A stretch of 64,000 nt of DNA from Clostridia bacterium (GTDB lineage Bacteria; Bacillota; Clostridia; Oscillospirales; Acutalibacteraceae), in contig JAFVSK010000018.1 of NCBI GenBank assembly GCA_017503785.1, positions 106,079-170,078 of the forward strand, given 5' to 3'. Every line of letters starts with the position of its first letter. Within the stretch, counting starts at the first letter, position 1. Positions 61,501-64,000 of the stretch are shown piece after piece. The position numbers and the translations under genes were made by a program. The notes beneath the pieces are model-generated. The model was given only the letters and a program-made list of their open reading frames with translations, was not told the DNA's origin and did not search any database.

Positions 61501-62303
61501 TCGTCGGTGTGATCGGAAGCGGTAAGCGCATCCACCACGCCGGCGAAGCCGGGGTCGCCCTCGCCGATCAAATGCCCTTTTGCAAAGTTCGGGTGATACA
61601 CGACCGTGCCGTCGCTCTTGAGCACCGCCGCCTTACCCGAATTGTAAATGGACATCTTCTTAGCCAGATCTTCCACGTAATCGGTGGAAATATCGGCACC
61701 GATCACACCCACCAGCAGCCCCTCTTTGTAGATCGGCACCGCGTAGGAAATAATATGGCGCTGCATGTTGGCGTTGTAATAGGCCTCCAGCCACGTGGCC
61801 CTGCCGTTTTCCACGGTGGTATACCACCAGCCCACGTGTTCCGTATCGTCCTTGTTATACGCCGAGATCACCGTCAGGGGATGACTTTCAAACGTTTGCG
61901 TGCCTTGTTTCTTCACGTAAAAGAAGCCGTCGGTCTTGCCGATATACGCTTCGTCGTAATGCATCCACACCGCCTCGGCACCCTCGGCGCTTTCAATGTG
62001 ATGCAGCGCACTTTTCTCCAGACTGGCCGAAAACGCCGCGCGCATTTCGTCGTTTTGCAGGAGCTTCACGTCGATCAGCTCCGCTTCGGCGTAGTGCGCC
62101 AGCGTGTCCACAGAATCCTCGATCTTCGCCAAGGAGATATCCATATCATCGGCGTTGCTTTTGCACAGCAGATTCATGTTTTCGGTTGAACTTTTTTGAA
62201 TAACACTGGCCGTCAGCGTAATGCTCATCATACCGATAATGAGCGACGCGATCAGCACGCTACCGAAAAGCAACCACATAATTTTTCCGCGAATCGATCT
62301 CAT
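58560..62303 (-). CDS. Multidomain c-di-GMP signalling protein (TM, Cache-like sensor, HAMP, GGDEF, PAS, degenerate GGDEF, EAL, C-terminal PAS-like)
   Basis: HAMP ..ARPIKQLNEAAKHLTDGEFDY... Active-looking GGDEF (RDGLTGVGNKSAF...YRMGGDEFVVIL). Second module with EKDRFVVLL. EAL motifs EALLRF, AIDDFGTGYSNL, LKVDRVFI and EGVET. Confidence 0.85.
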   Translation of the reverse strand: MRSIRGKIMWLLFGSVLIASLIIGMMSITLTASVIQKSSTENMNLLCKSNADDMDISLAKIEDSVDTLAHYAEAELIDVKLLQNDEMRAAFSASLEKSALHHIESAEGAEAVWMHYDEAYIGKTDGFFYVKKQGTQTFESHPLTVISAYNKDDTEHVGWWYTTVENGRATWLEAYYNANMQRHIISYAVPIYKEGLLVGVIGADISTDYVEDLAKKMSIYNSGKAAVLKSDGTVVYHPNFAKGHLIGEGDPGFAGVVDALTASDHTDELIAYELDGVEKRLASYKLRNGMLMVCFAPVSEIYREQRELILFTGSIILVVIAGALLIAFFVSREMARPIKQLNEAAKHLTDGEFDYDINTKSRDEIGELTSTFIETRKILKNQIHLLDAEAHRDGLTGVGNKSAFMDREAVINDEIFAGTADFSVAVFDVNKLKITNDVFGHMAGDKLLWTVSNFLMSCFGLPNVYRMGGDEFVVILDEKDDEDRTRRISDCIDGMQDLWLEDFPECRVSCAYGVAHFDAETDHRLADVLRRADKEMYNNKSLTKRETFPWQEGMKGIKQLQVEKYCQLLQTLTSSTDDYLFLMNTETGVIRFFGDDPNAFDIADGRELAGGILDMLRFVHVNDHALVKNAVTAVIQHDTETIDINFRMNINNSARWVNCRGSVIKDETDSHFVVIGRISQNAVKHLYNPITTLFNKTKLKADLLKQTENSFSCLMLLDIDNLSEINLKHGSVYGDKLLKMLAEELENRFSLQQLYHAEKDRFVVLLNVESSREAEARFEEIKAAMEGQCTISASVVPNDRSLYVSAENIYDYAVQILNSAKKDGVGKLVFFSKDSLMERLSAVELLEELEDSVKHKCRGFSLMYQPQIAAEDLSLVSAEALLRFESKTKGLVYPDQFIPLLEQAGLINEVGAWVVNEALGQCKAWRERFPEFKISVNVSPKQLEKKRFAAQITRLLTKHGLPGEALILEITESTPLDESEDTFAILAKLRQAGVQIAIDDFGTGYSNLGNLKHIHANILKVDRVFIRGIKENGYNYNLIYNVIEFARSNELKVCLEGVETTDEFAVVSGLQPDIFQGYLFDKPMTVELLEAKYLSENTKEYAERLELTERLNKVKRHAPVVNMEMKTILSGIRIGLWIVRIDKATGKGELYTDETMRALLDVDDAITPKDCFAYWLKRIHRSDRAAVEAMIDAMTNSDKVVQVEYRWHHPKKDTVTVRCSGRCMEKDEHKLVFEGFHRVISDVEDKD

Positions 62304-62382
62304 TGTTTTATATCACCAGAATTGTATTTATAATATCTCACTTTCTACTATAGCACACTCCTTTTAAAATAGCAAGTACCAC

Positions 62383-62421
62383 AAAAAAAGAAAAGCCGCG
62401 GCAAGCTTGCCGCGGCTTTCG
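62383..62421 (-). terminator. Terminator after the EAL gene
   Basis: Palindrome AAAGCCGCGGCAAGCTTGCCGCGGCTTT, followed on the minus strand by T7. Confidence 0.7.
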
Positions 62422-62483
62422 TTATTGGTATTTCAAGTGAGTATAACGCTGTTGCTGTGAAAAATTGTTGTTTTGACCGATTG

Positions 62484-64000
62484 CTATTGCTTGGTTTTGT
62501 AAAATTCCAGTGCGTTTTCCACCGGTAACACGCGGGAATAGAGGAAGCCTTGAATAAAATCGCACTCGGCCTCGGTCACCTTATGATTTTCCGACTCGGT
62601 TTCCACACCCTCGCACAGCACGCGAATGTCCAGTGCGTGCGCCATGCGGATAATGCCCGTCAGCACGGCGTAGCCGCGGCTGTCGGAGGCCTTGATAACG
62701 ATGTGGCGGTCGATCTTGATCACGTCGATGGGATAATCGCACAGGTCGCTGAACGAGGTGTAGCCGCTGCCGAAATCGTCCAACGCAATGCGGCAGCCCA
62801 GCTTTTTAATGGCCAAAATGTTTTTGTACGCCACCGCGCTGTCGCTCACCAGCGAATCCTCGGTCAGTTCCACCAGAAGCTTTTCGCGGTCGAACGCATA
62901 GCGCGACAACACCGCCTCGAACTGCTCGGCAAAATCCGCTTTGGAAAGCGTGGTGCGTGTGAAGTTGCACGACAGATACAGCCCTTCGTATGCCGTTCCC
63001 CGCCATGCCTGCAGCAGCGCGCAGGTCTTTTCAAAAACGTACAGATCCAGCTTGTCGATCATGCCCGCCACTTTCATGTCCTCAATATAATTGGCAGGCG
63101 ACAGCACCCCCTCCTCGGGGCTGTGCCAGCGCGACAGCACCTCCGCACCGCACAGCGTGCGGTTATCGGTGTCGAAGATAAACTGCAAATACAGCTGAAA
63201 CTCCTCCTGCTCAATGGCGGCGGAGATCTTCTTTTGCAGGCGGCTTTTCATCGCCACGCGGCCCAGCATCTGCTTATCGCACAGGCACACGTTCTGCCCC
63301 TCGTTTTCTGCATACAAATACCCCTGCCGCGCGTTGTACAGCACCGTTTCGGCAGGCAGCTGTTGCTTGTCGAGCGGGAACACACCGCAGCGGAACGCCG
63401 CATCGTTTTCGCCCGCGTGGCCGTCCTTATACTCGTTCAGCGTGCGCACCAGTTCTGCCGCCTTGGCAAGTGCCCGCTCGGTGTCGGGACACAGGAAGCA
63501 CGCCGCAAACACGCCGTTGTCGATGCGCGCCGCAAAATCCGTATCGCCCATGGCGCTCACCAGCGTGCTCGCCGCATAGCGCTGCAGCTCCTCCGACTCG
63601 GCCTGTCCGAAATAGGTTTCAATTTTTTTAATATCCAGCGCCACGTAGGCCACGTAATACAACGAGCGCATATCCGCAGGCAGATGATGCGCGTAGCAAT
63701 CCTCAAAATAGGCAATGTTGCCAATACCCGTTAACGGATCGTTAAGCTTTTGCGCCTGCTGCTCGTTGCCGCGGCGGCGGTGCTTTACCAATCGCACCGT
63801 CAGCACGACCACCGCCACGAGCAACACTCCCACAGCCGCAGCCAGCCACAGCGCCGCGTCGGGCACCTGCGGACGGCCCTCGAGCTTCATGGCGGCCGCC
63901 AGCCACGTGTGCTTATCGGCCGCCTGCACGGCAGCCTCCACCTCGGCCACCAGCTGCGGGGCGGCGATCTTCGTAAACCCGATGCACACGGTCACCGTTT
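62484..64000 (-). CDS. Membrane-anchored degenerate-GGDEF / EAL protein (5' end runs off the window)
   Basis: TM LWLAAAVGVLLVAVVVLTV, a GGDEF-like region lacking GG[DE]EF, and EAL motifs EVLSRW, ALDDFGSGYTSF, IKIDRHIV and EGVETE. The frame is still open at 64000. Confidence 0.8.
   Translation of the reverse strand, partial: TVTVCIGFTKIAAPQLVAEVEAAVQAADKHTWLAAAMKLEGRPQVPDAALWLAAAVGVLLVAVVVLTVRLVKHRRRGNEQQAQKLNDPLTGIGNIAYFEDCYAHHLPADMRSLYYVAYVALDIKKIETYFGQAESEELQRYAASTLVSAMGDTDFAARIDNGVFAACFLCPDTERALAKAAELVRTLNEYKDGHAGENDAAFRCGVFPLDKQQLPAETVLYNARQGYLYAENEGQNVCLCDKQMLGRVAMKSRLQKKISAAIEQEEFQLYLQFIFDTDNRTLCGAEVLSRWHSPEEGVLSPANYIEDMKVAGMIDKLDLYVFEKTCALLQAWRGTAYEGLYLSCNFTRTTLSKADFAEQFEAVLSRYAFDREKLLVELTEDSLVSDSAVAYKNILAIKKLGCRIALDDFGSGYTSFSDLCDYPIDVIKIDRHIVIKASDSRGYAVLTGIIRMAHALDIRVLCEGVETESENHKVTEAECDFIQGFLYSRVLPVENALEFYKTKQ

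Noticed and set aside
1-64000. tRNA, rRNA, tmRNA or riboswitch genes.
   Set aside because: No cloverleaf-like or rRNA-like sequence, and no long conserved leader, was recognised. Absence is based on visual inspection only and should be confirmed with tRNAscan-SE and Infernal.

Overview
This is a 64-kb chromosomal window from a high-GC, Gram-positive, Clostridia-like genome. The evidence is IreB, an XhlA/holin/M23-ChW lysis cassette, Wzz-CpsD-CapD and strong GGAGG ribosome-binding sites; the exact taxon cannot be called from sequence alone.

Layout:
- (1) 0.4-12.7 kb: housekeeping genes (ychF, a minD-like/mgsA/hisS/aspS operon, ireB, an LRR lipoprotein and the start of a capsule locus).
- (2) 13.1-28.7 kb: a compact minus-strand prophage-like element. 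It carries lysis genes, a tail-less structural set, portal, capsid, scaffold, TerL/TerS, a late regulator, an ori-like region and a divergent CI-type repressor co-transcribed with NUDIX and HAD genes. No integrase or tape-measure gene is adjacent.
- (3) 29-47 kb: a long minus-strand gene train that is visibly more A/T-rich from about 30.5 to 46.6 kb. It encodes three zinc-ribbon membrane proteins, an SPFH protein, a 2,320-aa Ig-repeat surface protein, two small membrane proteins, a Hanks kinase, a PP2C phosphatase and a trypsin-like protease fused through one TM helix to an FHA domain. It ends at a tyrosine recombinase gene bracketed by perfect 20-bp inverted repeats, which is a candidate invertible switch.
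- (4) 47-64 kb: araC-type regulator, alr, a radical-SAM gene, an A/T-rich insert with an Avd-like four-helix-bundle ORF, a TIR-MORN protein behind a consensus promoter, nrdR, a MATE transporter, a DUF4062-type protein and two c-di-GMP turnover proteins.

Two intergenic repeat families stand out. One is a roughly 200-230-nt multi-hairpin element present in three copies with compensatory stem changes. The other is an abundant GTAGGG-hairpin REP-like family that also brackets the prophage capsid gene.

No rRNA, tRNA or CRISPR array was seen. All calls rest on reading the sequence and ORF track; no database search was run.
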